Assembly (NCBI GenBank): GCA_963696985.1
Contig: CAVOMG010000001.1
Span: forward strand, 455,807 to 519,806
Origin: an uncultured Thermoplasmata archaeon
Lineage (GTDB): Archaea > Thermoplasmatota > Thermoplasmata > Lutacidiplasmatales > UBA184
Direction: 5' to 3'
Length of the DNA stretch: 64,000 nt
In this document: positions 1-10,794 of the stretch, one piece after another
Layout: the number at the start of each line of letters is the position of its first letter
Position numbering within the stretch: the first letter of the stretch is position 1
The notes under the pieces: model-generated
Told to the model about the DNA's origin: nothing
What the model saw: only the letters and a program-made list of their open reading frames with translations
The model's database searches: none
Program-made: the position numbers and the translations under genes

Positions 1-151
1 GGCGGGTCTTGATCATCAGGGCGGGCCCGAACAGGGTCAGCGGCCGATCCGGGCCGATCTGTCCGCGGCGGTAGAGCCCGTAGACGACGACGCCATAGAC
101 CGCGACGGCGGCGAGCGCGATGAGGTAGCCGTCGAAGGTGGTGAGCGCCAC
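1..151 (-). CDS. 5' part of a membrane protein, probably a site-2 protease (M50) family N-terminus; runs off the window start
   Basis: Manual translation from GTG at 151: VALTTFDGYLIALAAVAVYGVVVYGLYRRGQIGPDRPLTLFGPALMIKTR. A TM helix plus a 'GPxLMIKT' stretch resembles archaeal S2P N-termini; the HExxH motif is outside the window. Confidence 0.45.
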   Translation of the reverse strand, partial: MALTTFDGYLIALAAVAVYGVVVYGLYRRGQIGPDRPLTLFGPALMIKTR

Positions 152-268
152 GATGCCGACCTCGCGAGCCGGCCCGAGATAATACCTCGCTGCCCTCCGG
201 ATCTGCGACGGAATGCGCCTTCGGACCTCTACAAATACCGTCGCCGCTCTGTACCGTCGGAGTCCTGG

Positions 269-3200
269 ATGCGCCCGTTCGACCTACCGACCCTCAACCC
301 TTGGGCGGCCGCACTTGGGATCGCGATCGTCCTTGCTCTATTGCTGAGTGGCCTCCCTTCGATCGCTCCCGCAAGCGCCATCGTGCTTCCCGGGCGTTCC
401 GATCCGGGAAGCCTCCCGGGTTCCGTCATCGTCGCGCCCGCGTTCGTGCCGATCGGAGGCATCGAGATCGCCGGTCCGATGCCGGTCGGCGCGTCGATCG
501 CGGTGGCGGTCGGCCTCGGCTCCCCCGAGCTCGGATCGCTGCCGAGCGAGATCGCCCTCCAGTACACCCCGGGAAGCCCGGACTATCACCACTACCTGAC
601 GCCGAGCGAGATCGCGGACCGGTACGGCGCCCCGGTCGGCGAGTACCGCTCGGCCGCCGCGTACTTCGAGTCGTTCGGACTCCAGGTGACCACGAGCCCG
701 GACCGGATGCTCCTCTTCGTCCACGGCGCGCCCGGCCCGCTCGGCGAGGCGTTCGGGACGAGCTTCCTCGAGTACCGCGACGGCCCGACCCTCTTCTACA
801 GCCATCCGACCCCGGCCCGTCTACCGGGAGGTCTTCCGTGGTCCGGAGTGGTCGGCCTCGGGAACGAAACGAAGATCCAGCCGGACATCTCGCCGGCGAG
901 TGCACCCACGATCCCGCTTTCGGTGTCGCCCGCCGCTTCGGGCTGCCCCTCGAGCTCCTGGGCCACCCCGTGCCTTGCGCATGCCGCCTACAACCTCACG
1001 AGCCTCCTCACCTCCGGGGACAACGGGACCGGGGAGCGGGTGGGGATCGTCGACGTCTACGATGGCGGAGAGCCGCAGAACCAGCTCGCGAGCGACTTCG
1101 CATCGTTCACCCAGACGTTCACCCTGCCCGGGGGGAGTGTCGCGTTCGTCTACCCGATCCCGAGCGGGGGCAACATGAACTCGACGTTCACGGGCTGGGC
1201 CGCCGAGGAGGCGCTCGACATCGAATGGACGCGAGCGATGGCGCCCGGCGCCGTGATCGACATGACGTTCGCCCCGAACACGAACACGGGCCTCTACCAG
1301 GCCGTCGACTGGCTGGTGTCGCATGACGCGGTCAACGTGATCACCATGAGCTGGGGGGAGAACGACGTGGGAGTGTACAATGCGTTCTCGGGGGTCTGCC
1401 GGATCCAATGCAACGCGAGCTCCGACGGCTCCTACGAGACGCTCCACCCCGTGCTCGAGGCGGCAGCCGCCGAGGGGATCACGCTCTTCTCGGCGTCCGG
1501 AGACTGCGGAACCGCCGACGGGACGAACGGCGTATCCACGAACTATCCCGCTTCCGATCCGTACGTCACGGGCGTCGGGGCGACCGACCTCACCTTCGGC
1601 ACGGGCGGCGCGTACGGGGGCGAGACCGCCTGGGCGGGGAACAGCTCCGGATCGAGCTCGCCCGGCTGCCAGAACCAGGGCGGCTCGGGCGGCGGATACG
1701 CCCCGTTCTCCCGACCCTATTGGCAGAACGCGACGGGGGTCCCGAGTTCACCGGACCTTCGGGGGGTCCCGGATGTCTCCATCCTCGGCGGCAGCCCCGG
1801 CGCGGAGATCGTGATCCAGAGCTCGGTCACCGTGGAGGGCGGCTCGAGCCTCTCCTCCCCGATGTGGGCCGGGATCGCGGCGGACGCGGACACCTACGGG
1901 GGCCAGCAACTCGGGTTCCTCAATCCGTCGCTCTACGACATCGCGCGATCCCCGTCGGGCTCCACCGCATTCCACGATGTGACGAAGGGGTGGAACGGCT
2001 ACAACGCGACCAAGGGGTGGGACCCGGTGACCGGGCTCGGCAGCCCGAACGCCCTCGTTCTCCTCCCCCGGCTCTCGGGCACCCCCGTCCCCAGCCCGAA
2101 CGGGAACGTCTCGCTCCTCGCGGGCCCTCGATTCGGGAACGCCCCCCTCGCCGTCCGGTTCCATGCGAACGCCTCCGGCGGCCCGGGTTCGACGAGCTTC
2201 TACGACATCGCCTTCGGGGACGGCAACGCGACGACCACCCAGAGCGGCAACGCGTCCTACACATTCACGGCTCCCGGGGTATACGCCGCCACCGCCACGG
2301 CGTTCGACCGCCTAGGAAACTCGTCGACCTCTCAGGCCCTAACTATCGTGGTCGGGGGCGGGGGGCCGCTCACGGTCGCGCTCAACATCTCGAACGCCCA
2401 TCCGGGTCTGGGATCGGCGGTGACGCTCTCGACGAACGTCACCGGCGGGACCGGGCCGTACAACTTTAGCTACGAGTTCGGGGACGGGACGTACCTCGAC
2501 GGCTCGAATCAGAGCCGGGTCACCCATGCCTACCGGGCCCCGGGGGGTACTGCCCGCTCGTCGTGGTCGCCGACGCGCTCGCCCCACCGGACGGCGGGGA
2601 GTCGCCGCCGGTCGCCGTCTCGGTCGGCGCGACGGGGAACGTCTCCTGCGCCTCCTCCTCGGCCCTCTCGACGAACCTCTCGGTGGCCACCCCCGCGCTC
2701 GACCTTCCGGGGGGGTTCAACTTCGTGAGCCGGACCACCGGCGGGATCCCTCCCTACTCCGTCACGTACACTTCGAACGACCCGTACTCCGTCGAGTGCC
2801 ACTGCCCGATCTTCTCCGTGGCGGGGAACCACACGGTGCGGGCGCTCGTGTCCGATAGCCTCGACGCGGCCGCGACTGCCTCCACGAACGTGACGCTCTA
2901 TCCGGTGCTCTCCGGTTCGTTCCACGCGTCGGTCGAGTCGGGGGCCGCTCCGCTCATCGTCAACTTCACGGCGGCGCTCTCGGGGGGCCACCTCCCGAAC
3001 GCCTCGCGGACCCACTGGGAGTTCGGCGACGGGGCGAACGGCACAGGATCCCTCGTCAACCACACCTTCCTCAATCCCGGGTTGTATGTCGTCACCGCCC
3101 TCGCCTCCGACGGCTTCGGAGGCCATGCCTCGGCCGCTTTCCTCATCGACGCCACGCCGGCCTCGACCCCCCCCTCGACCGTCCTGACCGCGGAGATCAC

Positions 3201-4498
3201 CCCGGCGCTCGACGTGCCGGTCGGGGCCGCGGTCGACTATTTCGCGAACGCCACCGGCCCGGACGGCCCGTACCTGCTCCACTGGACCCTCGGTCCGAAC
3301 GGGTCGGCGTTCGGCTCGCGGACCTCCTCGACGTACCCCTACCTCGTTTGCGCGAGCCCGCCCTCCTGCTCGCTCTCGATCGGGCTCGGCGCCGAGGACG
3401 GGAACCACCGTTGGCTCAATGTGACGTTCCCGCTCGATCCGGCCCAGCTCGGGAACGCGACCGCGCTCGGTCTATCGGTGCGCGCCTCGACGACCCGCGG
3501 GGCGACCCCGTTCGTCTTCCGGGGGATCGCCGACACCGTCGGGATGGGCTCGGTCTCGGTCGCTTGGACGTTCGGCGACGGCAGCACGGGCCCGGGCGAA
3601 TACGGGAACCACACCTACCTGACGCCGGGGAACTACACGGTGACGGCCGTCGCCACGGACCCGTACGGGGACCGCCTCATCCAGGATCTCGCGCTCGTCG
3701 TGACCGGAGTGCAGCGGTACTCGCCGACCGTGGCCGCCAGCTCGAACGTGACGAACGGGCTCGCTCCGCTCTCGGTGGGTTTCCAAGCGGCCGCCTCGGG
3801 TGGGGCGGGCGGACCGTTTGAGTTCACCTGGTCGTTCGGGGACGGGAAGATCGCCGCGGGGGCCTCGGTCTCGCACACCTACGGGAGCGCCGGCGAATTC
3901 ATCGCGAGCGCTACCGCGACCGACCGGCTGGGTGACCCCGCGAGCTTCGCCCTCGCGATCGACGTGTACGGCTCCACCTCGCTGGGACTCTCGGTCGCCG
4001 GCCTCCCGGAGTCGGTCGCCCCGGGAGCTTCGCTTCCGCTCTCGGTCCACGAGTCCGCGGCGTGCGGCGCCCAATCGGTCCCGAACTGCACGAGCGCCCG
4101 GATCCCGTTCCGGACCCTGGTCGAGGCGGCGGGGGTCCCACCGCCCTCGAACGGGTCGATCGCCGGTTCGGGCCATCCGATGGGCGCCTCGGGGTATTCG
4201 AACTTCACCCTGATCGCGCCCAACTCCGCCGGGAAGTACGTCCTCTACCTGTGGGCGAACGGATCCGGTTTCGTGGGGAGCGCCCGCACCCCGTTCACCG
4301 TCCTCAACGGCACCTCGCCGGTCGAGACCCAGCACACGCCCGGGGTCCCGTACCAGGTACTACGCGGGGATCGCGGGCGCCGCGGCGGTCGCGGCCGTCG
4401 GGATCCTGCTCGTCGTGCGGAGGCGGCGCCGGGGGCCGAAGGCCCCCGCTATCCCTTCACGACGCCGAGCGGGCGAAGGCGGGCGACGCGCCGGGTGA
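269..4498 (+). CDS. Secreted, C-terminally anchored S53 (sedolisin/kumamolisin) peptidase with a stalk of PKD/Ig-like domains; two frameshifts (~2545, ~4357)
   Basis: Signal peptide and prodomain; catalytic EEALD, SGDCG and GGSSLSSP; Ca site GWDPVTGLGSP; five (I/Y/W)xFGDG PKD motifs across ORFs 269..2728 and 2563..4545. A shifted frame from 4358 gives YYAGIAGAAAVAAVGILLVVRRRRRG, a TM helix with a basic tail, and stops at 4496-4498. Confidence 0.85.
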
Positions 4499-5906
4499 GC
4501 CCGGCGCCCTCGGCGACCCGGACCACCTCCTCGACGTCCTTGTAGGCGCCGGGGGCTTCCTCGGTGACCCCCTCGCGCGAGGCGGCGCGGACCACGATCC
4601 CCTGCTCCGAGAGCCGTCGGGTGACCTCCTCGTAGCGGAACTTGCGGACCGCGGCGTGGCGGGAGAGAAGTCGACCGGCCCCGTGGCACGAGGAGCCGAA
4701 CGAGCGCTCGAGCGAGGTGGGGAGTCCGACGAGCACGTAGCTCGCCGTGCCCATGTCACCGGGAATGAGGACGGGTTGACCGAAGCGCCGATACCGCTCG
4801 GGGACCTCCTCGCGCCCCGCGGGGAACGCCCGGGTCGCGCCCTTACGGTGGACGAGCACGCGCCGAGGCGCGCCGTCGACGCGGTGCTCTTCGAGCTTCG
4901 CGATGTTGTGGGCGATGTCGTAGATGACCTCGATCCCGGCCGGGTCTGGGTCGAGGACCGAGGTGAACGCTCGCCGGACCCCTTCGGTGATCAGCTGGCG
5001 GTTCGCCCAGGCGAAGTTCGCTCCCGCGGCCATGGCGGCGAGGTAGCGCTTCCCCCGCTCCGAGGCGATCGGCGCGCAGGAGAGCTGCCGATCCACGAGC
5101 GCGACCCCGTCGGCGAGGAGCGCCTGGTCCATCTCGTGGATGAAATCGGTCGCGATCTGGTGGCCGAGGCCGCGCGAACCGGTGTGGAGCATCACGACGA
5201 CGTGGCCTTGCTCTAGGCCGAGCGCCCCGGCGATGGTCGGTTCGAGCAGGGTGTCGACCGATTGGATCTCGAGGAAGTGGTTCCCCGAGCCGAGCGTGCC
5301 GAGCTGTCGGTGGCCGCGCTTCTTCGCGACCTCACTGACCGCGGCCGGATCCGCCCCCGCGAGGGCGCCCTGCTCCTCTTGGAACTCGAGGTCCTCGCGC
5401 CGACCGTGTCCGCGCTCCACGGCCCAGCGGGCGCCGCCGGCGAGCACCTCCTCGATCTCGGAGGGGTTGAGATTGAGCCCACCCTTCGAGCCGACCCCCG
5501 TCGGGACCTCCCGATAGAGCGCGTCGACGAGGGCCCGGAGCTTCCCCACGATCTGTTCCTTGCGGAACGGCGTGCGGAGCAGGCGGACCCCGCAGTTGAT
5601 GTCGTAGCCGATCCCGCCCGGCGAGACGACCCCCTCGTCGAGGTCGAAGGCGGCGACGCCGCCGACCGGGAAGCCGTAGCCGAAGTGGATGTCGGGCATC
5701 GCGTAGGCGCGCTCGCAGATCCCCGGGAGGGTCGCGACGTTCTTCAACTGCTGGAGCGACGGGTCCCCCTGGGCGGCCTCGAGGAGCGGAGCGCTCGTGT
5801 AGAGCCGGCCGGGGACGCGCATCCCCTCCGATTCGGAGCGGGGGATCTCGTAGGTGAACTCGTCGATGCGGACGAGGGTGGGCCCTTCCGGCACGCCGCG
5901 CGCCAT
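4449..5906 (-). CDS. rtcB: RNA-splicing ligase RtcB
   Basis: MPDIHFGYGFPVGG, GYDINCGVRL, LGTLGSGNHFLE, HRKGATRAF and HGAGR motifs; 485 aa. Confidence 0.97.
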   Translation of the reverse strand: MARGVPEGPTLVRIDEFTYEIPRSESEGMRVPGRLYTSAPLLEAAQGDPSLQQLKNVATLPGICERAYAMPDIHFGYGFPVGGVAAFDLDEGVVSPGGIGYDINCGVRLLRTPFRKEQIVGKLRALVDALYREVPTGVGSKGGLNLNPSEIEEVLAGGARWAVERGHGRREDLEFQEEQGALAGADPAAVSEVAKKRGHRQLGTLGSGNHFLEIQSVDTLLEPTIAGALGLEQGHVVVMLHTGSRGLGHQIATDFIHEMDQALLADGVALVDRQLSCAPIASERGKRYLAAMAAGANFAWANRQLITEGVRRAFTSVLDPDPAGIEVIYDIAHNIAKLEEHRVDGAPRRVLVHRKGATRAFPAGREEVPERYRRFGQPVLIPGDMGTASYVLVGLPTSLERSFGSSCHGAGRLLSRHAAVRKFRYEEVTRRLSEQGIVVRAASREGVTEEAPGAYKDVEEVVRVAEGAGLTRRVARLRPLGVVKG

Positions 5907-5914
5907 CCGGCCCC

Positions 5915-5960
5915 CGTATTAGAGGGTGGGGCGGCGTCGAGAACGGGCGGCTCTAATACG
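5915..5960. repeat. Perfect 10-bp inverted repeat (CGTATTAGAG-N26-CTCTAATACG) in the divergent intergenic region upstream of rtcB
   Basis: Arms at 5915-5924 and 5951-5960; AT-rich within a very GC-rich context. Confidence 0.8.
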
Positions 5961-5988
5961 CCCGGCGGCTCGACGCGCCCCGAGAGCC

Positions 5989-6330
5989 ATGATCGTCCGG
6001 ACCGCCCTGCTCGTCGTCTACGCGGTCGTCCTCGCGGTCGCCCTGCTCGTCCAGTTCCTCTACCCGGCGCTCGGTGGCCTTGTCTTCTACGGGCTCCTCT
6101 TCTGGCTCGTGGCGAGCTTCTTCCTCTTCCGGTTGCCCGGGATGGGAAGGCCGGTCCCGGGGAGCGGCTCCTCGAAGACTCCGTCGCCGCCGCCCCCATC
6201 ATCGGGCGGGTCGGCCCCCCTTCCTTCCGGACCTCCGGTGCAGCTCGAGTTCTGTGCCTACTGCGGGACCCAGCTCGCGGCCGGGGCTTCCCAGTGCCCG
6301 GCGTGTGGCCACCCGGTCCGCGCGTTCTAG
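5989..6330 (+). CDS. Small membrane protein: 2 TM helices, Pro-rich linker, C-terminal double-CxxC zinc ribbon
   Basis: ATG at 5989; MIVRTALLVVYAVVLAVALLVQF...CAYCGTQLAAGASQCPACG. Confidence 0.75.
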   Translation: MIVRTALLVVYAVVLAVALLVQFLYPALGGLVFYGLLFWLVASFFLFRLPGMGRPVPGSGSSKTPSPPPPSSGGSAPLPSGPPVQLEFCAYCGTQLAAGASQCPACGHPVRAF

Positions 6331-6893
6331 CGACCGGGGCCGCCCGCGGGGTCGTCCGCGACGACGCGCAGCATGATCTCGCGGCCTTTGACGTTGCTCC
6401 CGGGAGAGACGTGGAGGTCCCGCACGACGCCCGCCCGGGGGCTCACGATCTCATTGCGCATCTTCATCGCCTCCAGGACGAGCAAGAGGGCCCCGGCCGC
6501 CACGCGCTCGCCTTCGCGCACCCGGACCTCGATGACCCGACCGGGCATCGGCGGGACGATGGCGTCCTCACGGACGGATCCCGTGGAGGTTGGGACCGCC
6601 GGCACCGTCGGGGCGGTCCGTTCCGGCAACCCGATCGCGCCCGATCCCGCCTCGACGCGGACCGAGAGGCGGAACCGTTCCCCTTCGACCGTCACGGGGT
6701 GAGTGGGGTTCGCCTCATCCGACGGCCACCCGGCGACCTTCACTCGCTCGCCGGCGATCTCGAGCTCGACCGAGTCCCGGTCCCGGGCGACGACCTTCAC
6801 GGGGTAGGTCGAGCCCCCGACGGTCACGATGCCGAGCGCGAGGTCGACCTCGACCTCTCGATGTTCACCGTCGATTTCGAGCGTGACCTTCAC
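6327..6893 (-). CDS. Biotin carboxyl carrier protein (1.3S-like) with an N-terminal BT-like domain
   Basis: GTG at 6893: VKVTLEIDGEHREVEVDL; biotinylation motif EAMKM and PMPGRV. Confidence 0.9.
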   Translation of the reverse strand: MKVTLEIDGEHREVEVDLALGIVTVGGSTYPVKVVARDRDSVELEIAGERVKVAGWPSDEANPTHPVTVEGERFRLSVRVEAGSGAIGLPERTAPTVPAVPTSTGSVREDAIVPPMPGRVIEVRVREGERVAAGALLLVLEAMKMRNEIVSPRAGVVRDLHVSPGSNVKGREIMLRVVADDPAGGPGR

Positions 6894-8396
6894 GAACGAT
6901 ACCTCCCTGGTGGTGCAGGCGGCTTCGTCCCTCGAGCGACCAGGCGAGCCGATCCGGGGGGGCGGCCCGAGCGACCGGGGTGGAAGGGGACGGGCCGATC
7001 GGGATCGAACGAAGCGCGCCGACGACCCCGAGCCCCGCGGAGGTGAGCGTGTCCCAGCCGAGCCCGCGCGCCCGGGCCTTCTGGTACGACTCGAACACCA
7101 TGGGGAAGAGGGCGTAGGAGAGCGCCTCGGCCCGGTCCGCCGACGGCACGAGCGCCCGGACGGCATCGATCGCCTTCGTGAGCTCGGGGGGAGACGATCG
7201 GACGGTCGGCCCGTGACCGCCGGGTCGACCGAGAGGACCCGCTTCGCGAGCTCCGGGTCGATCGGTCCCGGGGCCGCTCCATAGACCCCGCGGACATAGT
7301 CGCGGACCTCGCGGGTGATCTCCCGGTACCGGGTTCCGGTGAGCACGTTGAGGACCGCCTGGATCCCGACGATCTGGCTCGTCGGGGTGACGAGCGGGGG
7401 GTAGCCGAGATCGGCGCGGACCCGCGGGATCTCGGCGAGGACCTCGGCGAGGCGCCCGATCGCGTCCTGCTCCTGGAGCTGGCTCAGGAGGTTCGAGAGC
7501 ATCCCGCCCGGGACCTGGTGGACGAGGATCCCGGGGTCGGTCATCAACGACCGCGGATTGAGGAGGGGCCGGTAGTGCTCGAGGACCCCCGAAAAGTACT
7601 CAGCGATCTCGGCGAGGGCACCGAGGTCGAGCTTCGGGTCGAGCGCCGTCGATCGCATCGCGCCGACGAGGGTCTCGGTGGGCGGCTGGCTGGCCCCGCC
7701 CGAGAACGGGGAGATCGCCGCGTCGACCGCGGTCGCGCCGGCATCGGCGGCGGCGAGGCAGCTCAGCGTGGCCATGCCGCTCGCGGAGTGGGTGTGGAGT
7801 ACGACGGGCAGGCCGACCTCCCGCACGAGCGCTCGGGTGAGAGAGGACGCGTCGCCCGGCGGGAGGAATCCGGCCATGTCCTTGATGCAGAGCTCGTCGG
7901 CCCCGAGCTCCGCGAGGCGCCGCCCGAGGGCGACGAACGCCTCGAGGGTGTGGACCGGCGAGTGGGTGTAGCAGATCGTTCCCTGGGCGGTGGCGCCGGC
8001 GCGCTTCACGGCGCGCAGGGCGCTCTCCATGTTCGCGGGGTCGTTCAAGGCGTCGAAGACCCGGAAGATGTCGACCCCGGTACGAGCGGCCTGCTCGACG
8101 AACGCCTCGACGAGGTCGTCGGCGTACGGCCGGTACCCGACGAGGTTCTGCCCGCGCAGGAGCATCTGGAGCGGGGTCCTCGGCATCGCCTTCTTGAGCA
8201 GGCGCAGCCGCTCCCATGGGTCCTCCTTGAGGTAACGTAGGCAAACGTCGAACGTCGCCCCGCCCCAGACCTCGAGGGATCGGTAGCCGATCGCGTCGAG
8301 CCGCTCGGCGATCGGGAGCATGTGGCGGGTGCGCATCCGGGTCGCGATCAGCGATTGGTGGGCGTCCCGGAGGACCGTCTCGGTGATGCCGACCAT
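6865..8396 (-). CDS. Pyruvate/oxaloacetate carboxyltransferase (transcarboxylase 5S / PycB / OadA-type catalytic domain) with no fused biotin domain; frameshift ~7188
   Basis: RDAHQSL, WGGATFD, RGQNLVGY, CIKDMAG, HTH and PLVTPTSQIVG motifs. One missing base in a G6 run joins it to ORF 6865..7149 (EALSYALFP...AWSLEGRSRLH). Confidence 0.9.
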
Positions 8397-8415
8397 CGCT
8401 CGCCTGGGCCCCTCG

Positions 8416-9965
8416 TCAGAGCGGGAGGTTCCCGTGCTTGCGCGCCGGCCGGTCCTCGCGCTTCGGCTTGAGGGTGGCGAGCCCCGCGAGGAGCCGCGCC
8501 CGGGTCTCGGCCGGGTCGATCACGGCATCGACGTAGCCGCGCTCGGCCGCGAGGTAGGGGTTGAGGAACTCGGCCCGGTACTCGTCGACGAGGCGCTGAC
8601 GCACCGCCTCCCGGTCCGGACCCTCCGACTTCGCGAGCTCGCGACGGAAAAGAACGTTCACCGCCCCTTCGGCCCCCATGACGGCGATCTCCGCGGTCGG
8701 CCAAGCGTAGTTGAGGTCCCCGCCGAGGTGCTTCGAGCACATCACCACGTACGCCCCGCCGTACGCCTTGCGGAGGATCACGGTGAGCTTCGGCACGGTC
8801 GCCTCGGCGAAGGCGTAGAGGAGCTTCGCCCCGTGCCGGATGATCCCGCCATGCTCCTCCTGGGTCCCCGGGAGGAACCCCGGCACGTCGACGAACGTCA
8901 GGATCGGGAAGTTGAAGGCATCGAGGAACCGCACGAACCTCGCCCCCTTCGTCGAGGCCGAGATGTCGAGGCATCCGGCGAGGTGGTTCGGCTGGTTCGC
9001 CACGACCCCGACGGCCTCCCCGTCGAGGCGGGCGAACTCCGTGACGAGGTTCGGCGCGAACGACGGCTGGATCTCGAGCGTGCTCCTCGGGTCGACGATC
9101 CGCTCGATCACGTCGTGGACATCGTAGGGCGCGTTCGCCTCCGCCGGGACGACCGCGGTGAGGCCGGACGCGGCGTCCTTCGCGGGCGGCACACCGGCGA
9201 TCGCCGGGGGGTCCTCGAGGTTGTTGAGCGGGAGGTAGCCCAAGAGCCGGCGCGCGAGGGCAATCGCCGACTCGTCGGAGTCGGCGGTCAGGTGGGAGAC
9301 CCCGCTCTTCGTGGCGTGCGCGTCGGCGCCCCCGAGCGCTTCGGCGCTGACCTCCTCCCCGGTGACCGCCCGGATGACGTCGGGCCCGGTGATGTACATC
9401 TCTCCGGTCCCCCGCCGCATGATCACGAAGTCGGTGATCGCCGGGGAGTAGACCGCCCCGCCGGCGCAGGCGCCAAGGATCAGGGAGATCTGGGGGACGA
9501 CCCCGGAAAGGGTGACGTTGCGGAAGAAGACCTCGCCGTACCCCGCGAGGCTCATCACGCCCTCCTGGATGCGGGCCCCCCGGAGTCGTTCAATCCGACG
9601 ATCGGGATCCCCGACCGGTGCGCGAGCGCCATGGCGCGGACGATCTTCTCGGCGTGCGCTTCACCGAGCGCCCCTCCGAAGACGGTGCTGTCCTGGGCGA
9701 ACGCGGCCACGCGCCGCCCCTCGACCTCCCCGAACCCGACGACCACCCCATCGCCGGCGATCCTCCGTTCGGAGAGCCCGAAGGCCGTCGCCCGGTGGGT
9801 CACGAGCTCACCGAGCTCGCAGAACGTCCCGGGATCGAAGAGCGCCTCGAGCCGGGCCCGGACCCCGAGCTTGCCGGCGTCGGACTGCCGCTTCGTCCGC
9901 TCCGCCCCGCCGCCCTCGCGGGCCCCGGCGAGGCGGGCTCGCCATACCTCGTACGGGTCGGTCAA
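8416..9965 (-). CDS. Acyl-CoA carboxyltransferase (PccB / transcarboxylase 12S-like); frameshift ~9578
   Basis: GDGVVVG, DSGG(A)RIQEG after repairing a C6 run, GACAGGAVYSPA, FVDVPGFLPG, RKAYGGAY and HGNLPL. Confidence 0.92.
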
Positions 9966-10711
9966 GCGATCCCCTCGACCTCGATCTCGCCGGAACGGAT
10001 GCTCTCGATCCCCGATTCGCCCTCGACGAGCAGCGCCCCGTCCTCGGCGAGGTCGCGGAGGACCCCGGCGGTCCGCCCGTCGACCCGAACCCTCCGCCCC
10101 ACCCCGTAGAGCGCTCCCCGCGCCATCGACCAGACCTCCGACCGACCCGCGACGGTGCCGAGGCGATCTACGGTGGTTCGAATCACTTCCGTGACCAACG
10201 GCTCCAGTTCATCGGGCGACACGGCTCGCCCCGCGAGCTCCTGGAGGATGGCGACCCGCGGGGCGAGCTCCTCGGGGAGGTCGGAGCGCGCGGTCGAGAC
10301 GTTCACGCCGACGCCGACGACGAGCGCGACCCCCAGGGCGGGGGAGAGGACCCGGTCGACGAGCACCCCGGCGAGCTTTCCGAACGAACCGTCGCCGTTC
10401 CGTGCAAAGAGGTCGTTCGGCCACTTGACGGCCGTCTCGAGAGCGTAGCGCCCGGCGAGCATGCCGGCGAGCCCCGCGCCGACGCCGACCGGAACGAGGC
10501 CCGGCTCGAGGCGGGGTTCGGGGGTCACCACAGAGAGGTAGAGGCCACCCTCGGGCGAGGCCCAGGAATGGTCGAGGCGCCCGCGGCCCCGGTGCTGCCG
10601 CCGGGCGACCACCACGAGGCCGGCCGGGGCTCCATCGCGCGCCCGCCGGACCGCCTCATCTTGCGTCGAGGGAAGGAGGTCGAAGCAGAGGCGCTCGGCC
10701 ATGGGGAGCAT
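9962..10711 (-). CDS. birA: Biotin-protein ligase (no HTH domain)
   Basis: STQDEA, QHRGRGRLDHSWASPEGG, VKWPND, KLAGVL and GVGVNV. Confidence 0.92.
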   Translation of the reverse strand: MLPMAERLCFDLLPSTQDEAVRRARDGAPAGLVVVARRQHRGRGRLDHSWASPEGGLYLSVVTPEPRLEPGLVPVGVGAGLAGMLAGRYALETAVKWPNDLFARNGDGSFGKLAGVLVDRVLSPALGVALVVGVGVNVSTARSDLPEELAPRVAILQELAGRAVSPDELEPLVTEVIRTTVDRLGTVAGRSEVWSMARGALYGVGRRVRVDGRTAGVLRDLAEDGALLVEGESGIESIRSGEIEVEGIA

Positions 10712-10794
10712 CCGGCGAGGAGGAGGGGTTGTCGCATAAGAGGTACCCGAGGAGAGGACCGCCTCGTCGCCGTCGGACGGGGGCGGTCGACCGG

